From Alphaproteobacteria bacterium (GTDB taxonomy: Bacteria; Pseudomonadota; Alphaproteobacteria; UBA8317), in the NCBI GenBank assembly GCA_038131935.1, contig JAYPQH010000037.1, forward strand, positions 32,001 through 96,000: 64,000 nucleotides of DNA, read 5' to 3'. Shown in pieces: positions 52,645-62,519 of this stretch. Every line of letters starts with the position of its first letter. Position 1 is the first letter of the stretch. Below the pieces are notes generated by a model that worked only from the letters and a program-made list of their open reading frames with translations, was not told the origin of the DNA and did no database searches. The translations under genes were made by a program, and so were the position numbers.

Positions 52645-53472
52645 ATGGAAACACAGCAAACCGCTGCACAAGAGAATGTTCTGGAAGTCAGCAACATTGA
52701 AGTTATTTACAACCATGTGATCCTTGTGCTCCGTGGGGTTAGTCTCAATGTTCCAAAGGGTAGTATTACAGCACTGCTCGGTGGGAATGGGGCAGGTAAA
52801 ACAACCACATTAAAGTCTATTTCAAACCTGCTACGCTCCGAACGTGGAGATGTGACAAAGGGCTATATTCGTTACTTGGGAAAGGATATCCACAACTCTA
52901 ATCCTTCTGATCTCGTTCAAAATGGGGTTATCCAAGTCATGGAGGGGCGTCACTGCTTTGAGCACTTAACCATTGAAGAAAACCTTCTTACGGGTGCTTT
53001 CACCCGCCGTGAAAGTTCATCTGTTATCGCCCAAGACCTTGAAATGGTGTATAATTATTTTCCACGCTTAAGGGAGCGTCGCCGCAGCCAAGCAGGTTAT
53101 ACCTCTGGTGGTGAGCAGCAAATGTGCGCGATTGGACGTGCTCTTATGTCAAAACCTGAAATGGTATTGTTGGATGAGCCAAGTATGGGTTTGGCACCAC
53201 AACTTGTGGAAGAAATTTTTGGTATTGTGAAGGAATTGAATGAGCGCGAAGGTGTTACATTTTTGTTGGCTGAGCAGAATACCAACGTTGCACTAAGATT
53301 TGCTCATTATGGATATATTTTGGAATCTGGCCGCATCGTGATGGATGGTCCTGCGGCCGCTTTACGTGAAAACCCTGACGTGAAAGAGTTTTACCTTGGT
53401 GTATCTGAGAAGGGCCGTAAGTCCTTCAGAGATGTGCGTAGTTATCGCCGTCGTAAGCGTTGGTTGAGCTAA
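52645..53472 (+). CDS. Liv-type ABC transporter ATP-binding protein (LivF-like)
   Basis: GGNGAGKTT, TSGGEQQM, LLDEPSMGLAP, AEQN. Confidence 0.93.
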   Translation: METQQTAAQENVLEVSNIEVIYNHVILVLRGVSLNVPKGSITALLGGNGAGKTTTLKSISNLLRSERGDVTKGYIRYLGKDIHNSNPSDLVQNGVIQVMEGRHCFEHLTIEENLLTGAFTRRESSSVIAQDLEMVYNYFPRLRERRRSQAGYTSGGEQQMCAIGRALMSKPEMVLLDEPSMGLAPQLVEEIFGIVKELNEREGVTFLLAEQNTNVALRFAHYGYILESGRIVMDGPAAALRENPDVKEFYLGVSEKGRKSFRDVRSYRRRKRWLS

Positions 53473-53491
53473 GGACTTACGTCGTTCGCTC

Positions 53492-54979
53492 TCATCTGCC
53501 AAAATTAATGGTAGACGAAATGGCGCGAGACCATCGGTTTCGCGCGATCTCAATATCATCAACTTCATACTTGGGCGTGCAGAATGTTGCGTTGTCCTTG
53601 GTTGTGTCTTTTACGTCTAATCCGTGATGTTCTGCAGCAAGTTTGGCTACACCTAAGCTGGTGAGTTCCTTGTGATAAGGTACACGTACTTTATACTGGG
53701 ATATGTCTGATAGAGTTTGTTGAAACCATATATTGTCTGATAAGCCTCCATCTATTCCGATATAACCTATATCCTGCAAGCCTAAGTCATGCTCAGCGGC
53801 TTTCAAGAAGTCGGCAGTGACCCAAGCGATAGAGCTCACCGCTGCAGCACTCAAATCTGCTTGATTGTGATACGCTTCCATTCCCAACCAACTGGCGCGA
53901 CATTGGGTTTCCCAATATGGTGTCCCTAAGCCATTAAATGCCGGTATAAATATAGGTAAATCTTGCAGCATGCGCGCTTGGCTTAGCAGTTCATCTAGCT
54001 GGTCAAATGTTGTGAATAAACCCAATTGATCTCTCAACCAATCAACGACCGCACCGGCAAAGAATATGGACCCCTCAAGGGCAAAAAGGGTTTTGGTGGG
54101 TAATTTGGCAAATACTGTCGATAACAATCCATGACCTGATTTTGCGCAACTTGTGCCGGTGTTGATGAGTCCAAATGCACCTGTGCCATAGGTTAATTTT
54201 GCGCCATGAATGGTTTGACCGACATGACCATATAATGAAGCCTGTTGATCACCTAAGATGGCGGTCAGCGGAATGGGATGAGGCCACCCATCAATAAAAA
54301 TTTCACACAAATCACCTTGAGAAGGAATAAGTTTGGGTAAAATTTCTTCTGGAAGTGAAAACGCCTCGAGAAGTTCTGGAAGCCAGTCACCCTCATGCAG
54401 TCCATATAGTAATGTCCGAGACGCATTTGAATGCTCAATGACAATCTCTTGCGTAGTGTCCTGTAGGCCAGAGATCAACCAACTATCTATTGTTCCAAAC
54501 GCAATGTTTTTAAAATTCACATTTTTATTCTGTCTCAGAAGGTTATTACATGCGTTTTGAAGTTTGCTGGCGGTGAAGTAAGGATTAATGGGAAGACCAG
54601 TACGTTGCTGAAACCATGCATCCCCAAGTTCCTGACGCAAATGCTCACATGATTCAGCAGAAGAGGTATCTTGCCAGCTCACAGCAGAACAAAGGGGCGT
54701 CTTTGTTTGCCGGTCAAACAGCACAAAAGTTTCTCTCTGGTTGGTCAGTCCCGCAATTAATCTATCTGTGCTGCCAAGTTTCGCCAAGTGGATTGCTTCT
54801 GCACAAACATCTCTTGTTTTTTCTAAAATCTCCACCGGGTCTTGATGAACGACACCATGTTGGCCACGTGAGATTTTTAGACCTCGTTGGGCGGATGATC
54901 TAACGGTGAGGGCCTCATCATAAATGATAGCGCGGGTAGACGTTGTTCCAGCATCTATCGCTAAGATAAAAGTCGCCAT
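53492..54979 (-). CDS. glpK: Glycerol kinase (divergent FGGY family)
   Basis: AIDAGTTSTR, TNQRET, PYFTASK, FGTIDSWL, NASRTLL, GDQQASL, TYGTG, ALEGSIF, PAFNGLGTPYW. Confidence 0.82.
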   Translation of the reverse strand: MATFILAIDAGTTSTRAIIYDEALTVRSSAQRGLKISRGQHGVVHQDPVEILEKTRDVCAEAIHLAKLGSTDRLIAGLTNQRETFVLFDRQTKTPLCSAVSWQDTSSAESCEHLRQELGDAWFQQRTGLPINPYFTASKLQNACNNLLRQNKNVNFKNIAFGTIDSWLISGLQDTTQEIVIEHSNASRTLLYGLHEGDWLPELLEAFSLPEEILPKLIPSQGDLCEIFIDGWPHPIPLTAILGDQQASLYGHVGQTIHGAKLTYGTGAFGLINTGTSCAKSGHGLLSTVFAKLPTKTLFALEGSIFFAGAVVDWLRDQLGLFTTFDQLDELLSQARMLQDLPIFIPAFNGLGTPYWETQCRASWLGMEAYHNQADLSAAAVSSIAWVTADFLKAAEHDLGLQDIGYIGIDGGLSDNIWFQQTLSDISQYKVRVPYHKELTSLGVAKLAAEHHGLDVKDTTKDNATFCTPKYEVDDIEIARNRWSRAISSTINFGR

Positions 54980-56463
54980 TAGTCCTCTCCCAAATATTTT
55001 TTAAGTGACATTTTTGCGTTTTGGGTTGCCTGTAAATATTGCTTGGTTCGGCGATACAAAATATCCTCGCTGGTATAAGCCCATTCATTATGTTGCAAAT
55101 AGTCAATTTCCCGCAACGAAAGATCACCAACCATCAGATCACCAATGTCTTCTATGCAAGATGCATCGCCAAAAATGTCAAACACGCGCATTCCTTGCTG
55201 CCTCATCATACGATCCACCAAGGTTAGAGGTAAAAAAGAATAGCGTCCAACAATTTGCTGGCGGAGATCATTCTTCTGCGATGGGTGATAGCCTGCGCCC
55301 GGGAAGGTCTCATCTTTTATCCAAGGACCATCAATTGTGGTCAATTTTGTATGTTGGGAGAGTTGTTTGATGGCGTCTAGAGCAAGGCGTCGGAAGGTTG
55401 TGATTTTTCCGCCTATAACATGTAAACAAATGGAAGCATTGTGATCAGAAATATGGAATTCGTAATCACGTGAGGCTGTGCTGTTGTTCTTGCCCTTCTG
55501 ATGCATCAATGTGCGTACACCAGCAAAATCATGGCATATCTCATCCTCCATGATCGGCTGTGCAAAAAACAAATTCATACCATCAAGGATATATTGTCTT
55601 TCTTCCTCAGAGCAATGAACAGCATCTAAGGCAGAATGATGCGTTACATCTGTGGTGCCCAACAATGCGAAATGTTGCTCATAAGGAAGCGCGAACATAA
55701 TGCGTTTATCCGCAAGTTGGAAAATATAAGCATGATCAAGTGAGCGCTTAATGATCAAGTGGCTTCCCCGAACCCAACTAACATTCTTCTCAAAGTCTCT
55801 ACGCTCTATCTGTTCTGCATTGTCTGAGACCCATCCACCAGAGGCGTTGATCAAAAACTTGCTGTAAACCTCAACTTCATCTTGACCAGTTGTTTGATAA
55901 CACACATGCCATGAACCGTTACGAGGTTTGGATGAAACAAAACAGCTACGCGTCTTGATATCTGCGCCCATATCAGCAGCATGTCGTGCACATAAAAAAA
56001 CCAAGCGAGAATCATCGACCCATGCATCTTGATAATCAAAGCCCAAATTAAAATTGTCGCCAATAAATGGATCTGTTTGAGGCGTCATAGAACGTGGACT
56101 AACCCAAATTTTTGATACATTACCTGCCAACATATTGTATAAGCCAAGGCCGGCACGAAGCATGAATTCTGAGCGAAGTTTCTTGTCAAACGGAAGCGTA
56201 AAGGTCATTGGCCAAGCGATATGGGGAAGTCGTTCCACCAAATAGTCACGCTCAAGCAATGATTTACGCACCATGGAAAACTCATAATTTTCTAAATAAC
56301 GAAGTCCACCATGAAGCAATTTTGTTGATGCTGATGATGTTGCGGAGCCCAAGTCATTCTTTTCAAGAAGAAGTACCTTATGGCCACGTCCTGATAATTC
56401 GCGCGCGAGGCTACAGCCATTGATTCCACCTCCAACAATTGTAAAATCATAACGTTGTTGCAT
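54979..56463 (-). CDS. glpD: FAD-dependent glycerol-3-phosphate dehydrogenase
   Basis: VGGGINGC, ATSSASTKLLHGGLRYLE, VDDSRL, GSHLI, GTTD, GGKITTFR, DILYRRTK. Confidence 0.92.
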   Translation of the reverse strand: MQQRYDFTIVGGGINGCSLARELSGRGHKVLLLEKNDLGSATSSASTKLLHGGLRYLENYEFSMVRKSLLERDYLVERLPHIAWPMTFTLPFDKKLRSEFMLRAGLGLYNMLAGNVSKIWVSPRSMTPQTDPFIGDNFNLGFDYQDAWVDDSRLVFLCARHAADMGADIKTRSCFVSSKPRNGSWHVCYQTTGQDEVEVYSKFLINASGGWVSDNAEQIERRDFEKNVSWVRGSHLIIKRSLDHAYIFQLADKRIMFALPYEQHFALLGTTDVTHHSALDAVHCSEEERQYILDGMNLFFAQPIMEDEICHDFAGVRTLMHQKGKNNSTASRDYEFHISDHNASICLHVIGGKITTFRRLALDAIKQLSQHTKLTTIDGPWIKDETFPGAGYHPSQKNDLRQQIVGRYSFLPLTLVDRMMRQQGMRVFDIFGDASCIEDIGDLMVGDLSLREIDYLQHNEWAYTSEDILYRRTKQYLQATQNAKMSLKKYLGED

Positions 56464-56513
56464 ACCGTGCACTTCCCTTATCAAATATATGATAACCAAA
56501 ATAAAAATTAGAC

Positions 56514-57701
56514 TTGTACCTTAATACGTTGAAAGGCGATATCAATTTGGCAGACCATAACATTCTCTATGAATTTGGCAAAAATAAGATTGAGCCTTGG
56601 GTAGGTGAATATCCGTATGCACATGAGACAGACAGAGCAATATTTCAAGAAGCTGGACGTTTAGGGCTTATCGGTTGTGATATTGGTCTAGAATCCAGCA
56701 GTGATGACTCTTTACTCATGAAAAAGTTTTCGATGGCAACAATTTGTGGCTTTTTTGACGCCAATGTAACGTTGTCGTTGATCAATTCTGGAAATGTTGC
56801 CAAGAAAATTCTCTCATCATCACAGGATGAAAAGGTTATTTCTTTAGCTGAGAAAATTCGTTCCGGTGGGTGCGTTGCTTGTACCGCCATCACAGAGGAT
56901 AGCTCTGGCTCAGCCGTTTCATCACTCTCCACATGTGCACGTAGATATCAAGATGGCTGGCTGCTTCATGGTTCTAAGTCATGGATCATTAATGCGACGA
57001 TTGCAGATTATATATTGGTTTACGCACAAATACATGACGATCATGGTGCTACCGATCAATGGGGTGCATTTTTGGTGGCCAAGGATTCTAAAGGTTTTTC
57101 TGTGACAGCAACTAGGCTGGATGGAGCTGAAGGGCTTGGATTGGGTGCCGTCTCGTTAAACAATGTCATGATACCTTCTTGGTGCTGCATGATTGCGAAT
57201 GATAGGGCGAAAAAACTCCTTCTGCATGAATTGAATGAAGCCCGAGCCTATGTTGCAGCTTTGGCTGTTGGGGTCATGGATCGTCTTTGTGAAGAAACCA
57301 TCACTTACGCATCACAGCGTCAGATCGGTGTGGATGTTCTGGTGCATTTAAGCGGTTGGAGATCGATGATGGCAGACGCTCAGTCTGACCTTTTCGTATT
57401 ATCAACAGCGCTGAAGCAACTGCCCCCTGATATGCTACGCCAACAACAATTTCCCAAGGTTGCTGCCCAATTAAAACTCATGGCAACAAATATGTTGCAG
57501 CGCCATGTCCCCGCTTTTATGCATACACATGGAGCGCAAGGGCTATTAAGTCACGGAAGGGTTTTACGTATTGCAAAATTTGTCTCCATCATAGGTTTGA
57601 TTGATGGCGCAACAGAAGTCCTTCAAGATCGTGTGGTGAGGTCGGTCTTGAGTGCGCGTAATAGCCAAAAAGGCAATGCTGAACGAGGAAGCGGAAAATA
57701 G
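56514..57701 (+). CDS. Divergent acyl-CoA dehydrogenase family protein
   Basis: TAITEDSSGS, LHGSKSWIINA, YASQRQ, HGAQGL, IDGATEV. Confidence 0.8.
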   Translation: MYLNTLKGDINLADHNILYEFGKNKIEPWVGEYPYAHETDRAIFQEAGRLGLIGCDIGLESSSDDSLLMKKFSMATICGFFDANVTLSLINSGNVAKKILSSSQDEKVISLAEKIRSGGCVACTAITEDSSGSAVSSLSTCARRYQDGWLLHGSKSWIINATIADYILVYAQIHDDHGATDQWGAFLVAKDSKGFSVTATRLDGAEGLGLGAVSLNNVMIPSWCCMIANDRAKKLLLHELNEARAYVAALAVGVMDRLCEETITYASQRQIGVDVLVHLSGWRSMMADAQSDLFVLSTALKQLPPDMLRQQQFPKVAAQLKLMATNMLQRHVPAFMHTHGAQGLLSHGRVLRIAKFVSIIGLIDGATEVLQDRVVRSVLSARNSQKGNAERGSGK

Positions 57702-57703
57702 AG

Positions 57704-59245
57704 ATGATGGATATAGGTAGCTGGGCGCAAAAACACCCCCATAAGATAGCTTGCAGCATGGCTGATGGGTCTCAAAAATTGACCTTCCAGCAGTTGAATG
57801 AGCAGGTAGGCAAAGGCGCACAGTTTTTCGAAGATGAAGGGCTTGCACCAGGTGATCATGTTGGCCTTCTTTTGGATAATCAGCTCGCTTATTTTTCCGT
57901 ATGTTTCGCAGCTGAGCGTGCTGGGCTTTATTATACACCTATCAACATACGGCTTTCATGCGATGATATTGCTTTCATTATCCAGCATTCAGAAATAAAA
58001 ATTCTTGTGACTGAACAACGCTTCGTTCAACAATGGCCAGAACTTTTTACCAAATTGCAACAGCATATGGCCATTTTTTATGTTGACGGGGTGGGAACAG
58101 ATAACTGGTTCCAGACGATTCAAGGCCACCATGTAAAGGACACAGCCACAGGGTCATTGGGTCAGGATATGATTTATTCATCGGGCACCACAGGTACGCC
58201 GAAGGCGATTAAGTGGCCCCTGGTGGAATTGCCCAGCAACGGTCGAACAATGCTGGTGGATTTGCTCAGTGGTTTATTCGGGTATGATGACAACACAAAT
58301 TATCTATCAACGGCACCTTTGTACCATGCAGCACCCCTCCGGCATTCCATGACCGTGATGAAGGTCGGTGGTTGTGTGTATGTTATGGAAAAATTTGATG
58401 CGCTTGAGTCACTGAAAGCTATTGAGACATTGTCAATCACCCATTCCCAATGGGTTCCTGCGATGTTTGTAAGGCTTTTGAAGTTGCCGCTTTCCACACG
58501 CACGCAATTTGATCTCAGTTCACATCAAATGGCTGTTCACGCGGCAGCACCTTGTCCGATTGATATCAAACAGATGATGATGGACTGGTGGGGCCCGATC
58601 ATACATGAATATTACGCAGGCACTGAAAACAATGGCTTTTGTGCCATTACACCCACGCAATGGATGTCTCATCGTGGTTCCGTGGGCCGATCAAAGCATG
58701 GTGTCATACATATTTGTGATGACGAGGGTTCACCATTGCCAATAGGCCAGATTGGCCATGTCTATTTTTCTGGGGGGCAACCATTTGCCTACCATAAAGA
58801 TCCTGAGCGTACAGCGAAAACGCAAAATGAACTTGGTTGGACAACGATTGGCGATATCGGAAAAATTGATGAAGAGGGTTATCTGTATCTTCAAGACCGC
58901 GTAGATTTTCTTATCAATTCTGGTGGGGTAAAAATCTATCCACAAAAAATTGAAGACGCCATTGTCACCCAGGAGAATGTCATGGATGTTGCTGTCTTTG
59001 GCTGGCCTGATGATGATTTTGGTGAGGTGGTTACCGCTATTATCCAACCTTTAGAGGCTGTTGAAGATGAGAAACGTTTCGCTGATGACATAAAGAGGGA
59101 GCTAAGTTCTAAGCTTGGAAAATTTGAAATCCCCAAACATATTGGTTTTTTGGAGCAATTGCCTCGCCATCCAACGGGTAAATTGTATAAAAAGAAATTA
59201 CGAGAAGATCTTTTGGCATCAGTGCAAAAGATAAATTTTTGGTAA
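57704..59245 (+). CDS. Acyl-CoA synthetase (AMP-forming)
   Basis: YSSGTTGTPK, APLYHAAP, HAAAPCP, EYYAGTE, TIGDIG, LPRHPTGKL. Confidence 0.92.
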   Translation: MMDIGSWAQKHPHKIACSMADGSQKLTFQQLNEQVGKGAQFFEDEGLAPGDHVGLLLDNQLAYFSVCFAAERAGLYYTPINIRLSCDDIAFIIQHSEIKILVTEQRFVQQWPELFTKLQQHMAIFYVDGVGTDNWFQTIQGHHVKDTATGSLGQDMIYSSGTTGTPKAIKWPLVELPSNGRTMLVDLLSGLFGYDDNTNYLSTAPLYHAAPLRHSMTVMKVGGCVYVMEKFDALESLKAIETLSITHSQWVPAMFVRLLKLPLSTRTQFDLSSHQMAVHAAAPCPIDIKQMMMDWWGPIIHEYYAGTENNGFCAITPTQWMSHRGSVGRSKHGVIHICDDEGSPLPIGQIGHVYFSGGQPFAYHKDPERTAKTQNELGWTTIGDIGKIDEEGYLYLQDRVDFLINSGGVKIYPQKIEDAIVTQENVMDVAVFGWPDDDFGEVVTAIIQPLEAVEDEKRFADDIKRELSSKLGKFEIPKHIGFLEQLPRHPTGKLYKKKLREDLLASVQKINFW

Positions 59246-59282
59246 TTGCCGTGATAAGGTCCAAAACATAGGGTGGTAAGTT

Positions 59283-59990
59283 ATGGGCGAAAATAAAAAA
59301 ATACTTTGTGTCCTGCATCAAGCTCATTCGACCACGGCACGAATTGGACGCCTTTTGCGCGAGCAAGGTTATGAAATCATCAAATGCCGACATGCTCTTG
59401 GTGAGCCTTTGCCATCAAATTGCCAAGATTATGCAGGCATTGTCGTCTTTGGTGGGCCTATGTCGGCAAATGATACGCATCTTGATTTTATCAAAAATGA
59501 GATTGATTGGATTGCTTCTGGAAAGCCATTGGAGGTTCCATTTCTGGGGGTATGTTTAGGCGCTCAACTGCTAGCCCGTGCCATGGGGGGAACAGTGCAT
59601 CCTCATCCCGAGGGTGTTAAAGAAATTGGTTATCACAAAATCAATATGACCACAGATGGGCAGGACCTTTTGGGCCTTACAGATACGCATGTGTTTCAAT
59701 GGCATTCTGAAGGGGTACAATTGGGAGAATCTGGACAAACACTTGCCTATTCACAGCATTTCGATAATCAAATGTTTGTAGCTGGAAAACATATTTGGGG
59801 GGTGCAATTCCATTTGGAGATGTTCGCTGAGCTCATGGAGCGCTGGTACGCCCGTGCAAAACCCGATTTGAATATTGCTGGCACACATGATGTACATCTA
59901 TCCCGCGAAGGTTCCCGAGAATGGCTTGGACCAAATGAGGACTTGCTTAAACAAGTGGTACATGAATGGCTCCACTCGGGGTCTAAGTAA
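59283..59990 (+). CDS. Class I glutamine amidotransferase-like protein
   Basis: FGGPMSAND, LGVCLGAQLLA (catalytic Cys), FQWH.EG, VQFHLE (His-x-Glu). Confidence 0.9.
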   Translation: MGENKKILCVLHQAHSTTARIGRLLREQGYEIIKCRHALGEPLPSNCQDYAGIVVFGGPMSANDTHLDFIKNEIDWIASGKPLEVPFLGVCLGAQLLARAMGGTVHPHPEGVKEIGYHKINMTTDGQDLLGLTDTHVFQWHSEGVQLGESGQTLAYSQHFDNQMFVAGKHIWGVQFHLEMFAELMERWYARAKPDLNIAGTHDVHLSREGSREWLGPNEDLLKQVVHEWLHSGSK

Positions 59991-60050
59991 GCCTAGTATC
60001 ACAAACTTACGCATGATAGGGCCATAAAAGCATTTGGGAGATCAGAATTT

Positions 60051-60347
60051 ATGTGTTCACTCGTTCAACTTTTATCAATGATTATCGATATTGCGACTTG
60101 GTTACTCATCGCGAATGTATTGCTTAGCTGGCTGACAGCCTTTGGTGTGTTGAATATGCGTCATCGTATCGTGTATCAAATTGCAAGTTCCATATATTCT
60201 GCTACTGAGCCGATGGTTGGGCCTGTTCGTCGCCTTCTACCTCCCATGGGTGGGTTAGATTTTTCACCTATCGTTGTATTTTTGTTGCTGGGATTTCTCA
60301 AAAGCTTGCTTTGGGAATATGGTGGCCCAAGCTTCTGTATGGGGTGA
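60051..60347 (+). CDS. yggT: YggT family membrane protein
   Basis: LLSWL.AFGVLN, TEP..PVRRLLPPMGGLDFSP. Confidence 0.9.
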   Translation: MCSLVQLLSMIIDIATWLLIANVLLSWLTAFGVLNMRHRIVYQIASSIYSATEPMVGPVRRLLPPMGGLDFSPIVVFLLLGFLKSLLWEYGGPSFCMG

Positions 60348-61232
60348 ATGATGGCCAAAATTTTGAATGGAAAAGATCTCTCTCAGCATGTTGACAGCCG
60401 GACCCAGCAACGTGCTCAAGATTTTCAAAAACAGGCAGGGCGTGCCCCCAGACTGGATGTTATTCTGGTGGGTGAAGATCCAGCATCGCAAGTTTATGTT
60501 CGCAATAAAGTGAAGCGTTGTGGGTTGGTGGGTATCCATTCGGAAGAGCATCTTTGCGCGTCGGATATAACCCAAGAAGAACTTCTCAAGATTGTTATGT
60601 CTTTGAATGAACATCCTGGTGTAGATGGAATTTTGGTGCAATTGCCATTGCCTGGGCACATAAACAGTTCTGTGATTTTAGAGGCTATTAACCCTGATAA
60701 AGATGTGGATGGGTTTCACCCTGCAAATGCGGGACTTTTGGCCTGTGGTGTCCCACGGTTTGTACCTTGTACACCACGAGGATGCATGCATTTGATTCAT
60801 GAACAACATCAAAAAATAGAGGGTTTGCATGCCGTTGTCTTGGGGCGTTCCACTATTGTTGGTCGGCCCATGGCACAGTTGCTTTTGATGGCAGACGCAA
60901 CTGTTACCATCGCGCATTCTCGAACCACCCAACTTAATGATGTATGTCGCATGGCAGATATTTTGGTTGTGGCGGTTGGTCGGGAAGGATTCGTGGGTCC
61001 AGATATGATTAAACCAGGTGCAACCATCATTGATGTTGGCATCAATCGCATTGTTGAGAATGATCGCTCATTCTTGCGCGGTGATGTTCTTTTTGACGAA
61101 GTGGCCCCCATTGCTGGGGCCATAACACCAGTCCCCGGTGGCGTGGGACCGATGACCATAGCTTGTCTTCTGGAAAATACAGTCGATGCCGCCATGATGC
61201 GTGTACTGAAAACATCTGTGCCCAAATTATAA
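60348..61232 (+). CDS. folD: Methylenetetrahydrofolate dehydrogenase/cyclohydrolase
   Basis: VGEDPASQVYVRNK, GILVQLPLP, KDVDGFHP, PCTP, IDVGINR, TPVPGGVGPMTIA. Confidence 0.96.
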   Translation: MMAKILNGKDLSQHVDSRTQQRAQDFQKQAGRAPRLDVILVGEDPASQVYVRNKVKRCGLVGIHSEEHLCASDITQEELLKIVMSLNEHPGVDGILVQLPLPGHINSSVILEAINPDKDVDGFHPANAGLLACGVPRFVPCTPRGCMHLIHEQHQKIEGLHAVVLGRSTIVGRPMAQLLLMADATVTIAHSRTTQLNDVCRMADILVVAVGREGFVGPDMIKPGATIIDVGINRIVENDRSFLRGDVLFDEVAPIAGAITPVPGGVGPMTIACLLENTVDAAMMRVLKTSVPKL

Positions 61233-61300
61233 GATTTTGCATATTTTTATGCTGGATAGGTTTTTTATAGCTTTAAAAGACCCAACATGGGGAGGGCATT

Positions 61301-61651
61301 ATGCTCATTGCGTTAACCCAATTGTTAATATGCCAACTGATTGGTGAAATCATTGCGCGCGCCTTCAATCTTGCTATTCCAGGCCCAGTGATCGGTATGG
61401 GTATTCTCTTGGTGGTCCTGTTGTGTAGAAAATCTATACCGCAAAACCTTGAAGCTACGGCCGAGGGAATTTTGTCTCATCTTTCTCTTTTGTTTGTACC
61501 TGCAGGTGTGGGTGTGGTGGCACATTTAACAATATTGGGAGACGAATGGCAGCCGATTATAGGGTCTTTGATTGGTTCAACAGTGCTGACGGTTCTCGTC
61601 ACGGGTTGGCTACTTCAGCGATTGCATAAGGGTGATAAAGATGAAACCTGA
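61301..61651 (+). CDS. CidA/LrgA family protein
   Basis: QLIGE..IPGPVIGM, LSLLFVPAGVGV. Confidence 0.9.
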   Translation: MLIALTQLLICQLIGEIIARAFNLAIPGPVIGMGILLVVLLCRKSIPQNLEATAEGILSHLSLLFVPAGVGVVAHLTILGDEWQPIIGSLIGSTVLTVLVTGWLLQRLHKGDKDET

Positions 61652-62378
61652 TTTTAATGAGTTATGGGTTTACCTCTCCGCAAGCCCATTAACCGCCCTT
61701 ACGATTACGTTATTGGCCTATTTGGTAGGGGATTGGATCTATCAAAAATCTGGTAAAATGCCGATCTTAAATCCAGTGTTGATAGCTGTCATTTTGATCA
61801 CATTGGGTCTGACCACCACGGAAATAGACTACTGGACGTACTTTGAGGGTGCCCAGTTTGTTCATTTTTTGTTGGGGCCTGCAACCGTTGCCCTAGCGAT
61901 TCCAGTGGCGAAGCTTTTAAAGCGGATGCGGCGAGGATTTGGAGCTCTCATGGTAACGCTTGTCTTTGGCTCATCTACAGCGGCTATATCTGCTGTGGTT
62001 ATTGCAGAAATCTTACAAGCTTCTGAACGTACGGTATTATCCTTGGCACCAAAAAGTGTGACCACACCAATAGCCATGGGTATCGCGGAGCGTATAGGTG
62101 GGTTGCCGTCACTTACAGCTGTTTGTGTTATTATGACAGGGATTATTGGCGCCATGCTTGGGCCTTACGTTCTCAATGCTGCAGGTATTACCTCTTGGAA
62201 TGCGCGTGGTTTTGCCATGGGCGTTGCCGCCCATGGTATTGGGACAGCGCGTGCAATCCAGGTGCATAAGGATGCGGGTGCGTTTGCCTCGCTGGCTATT
62301 GGGCTTAATGGTTTGGCGACGGCAACCTTAATTCCTCTTTTTTACACAATATGGCAATGGTGGAGCAGCTTATCGTAA
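61641..62378 (+). CDS. LrgB/CidB family protein
   Basis: LLGPATVALAIP, SLAPKSVTTPIAM, AAHGIGTARA. Confidence 0.92.
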   Translation: MKPDFNELWVYLSASPLTALTITLLAYLVGDWIYQKSGKMPILNPVLIAVILITLGLTTTEIDYWTYFEGAQFVHFLLGPATVALAIPVAKLLKRMRRGFGALMVTLVFGSSTAAISAVVIAEILQASERTVLSLAPKSVTTPIAMGIAERIGGLPSLTAVCVIMTGIIGAMLGPYVLNAAGITSWNARGFAMGVAAHGIGTARAIQVHKDAGAFASLAIGLNGLATATLIPLFYTIWQWWSSLS

Positions 62379-62400
62379 GCGCTGTGGTGCAATGTTCGCC

Positions 62401-62443
62401 AAAAAAAAGACGCGGAAGCATCTCCACGTCCTTTTGGTTTTTT
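62401..62443. terminator. Probable bidirectional intrinsic terminator between lrgB and argG
   Basis: A8-GACGCGGA...TCCACGTC-CTTTTGGTTTTTT imperfect hairpin flanked by A and T tracts between convergent genes. Confidence 0.6.
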
Positions 62444-62519
62444 ACAGGTTATCACGCTCGATGGGTCTTAAATTTGACCTGCAGTGAGGAATATTATTCT
62501 GCATGTTAACGTCTAGAGG

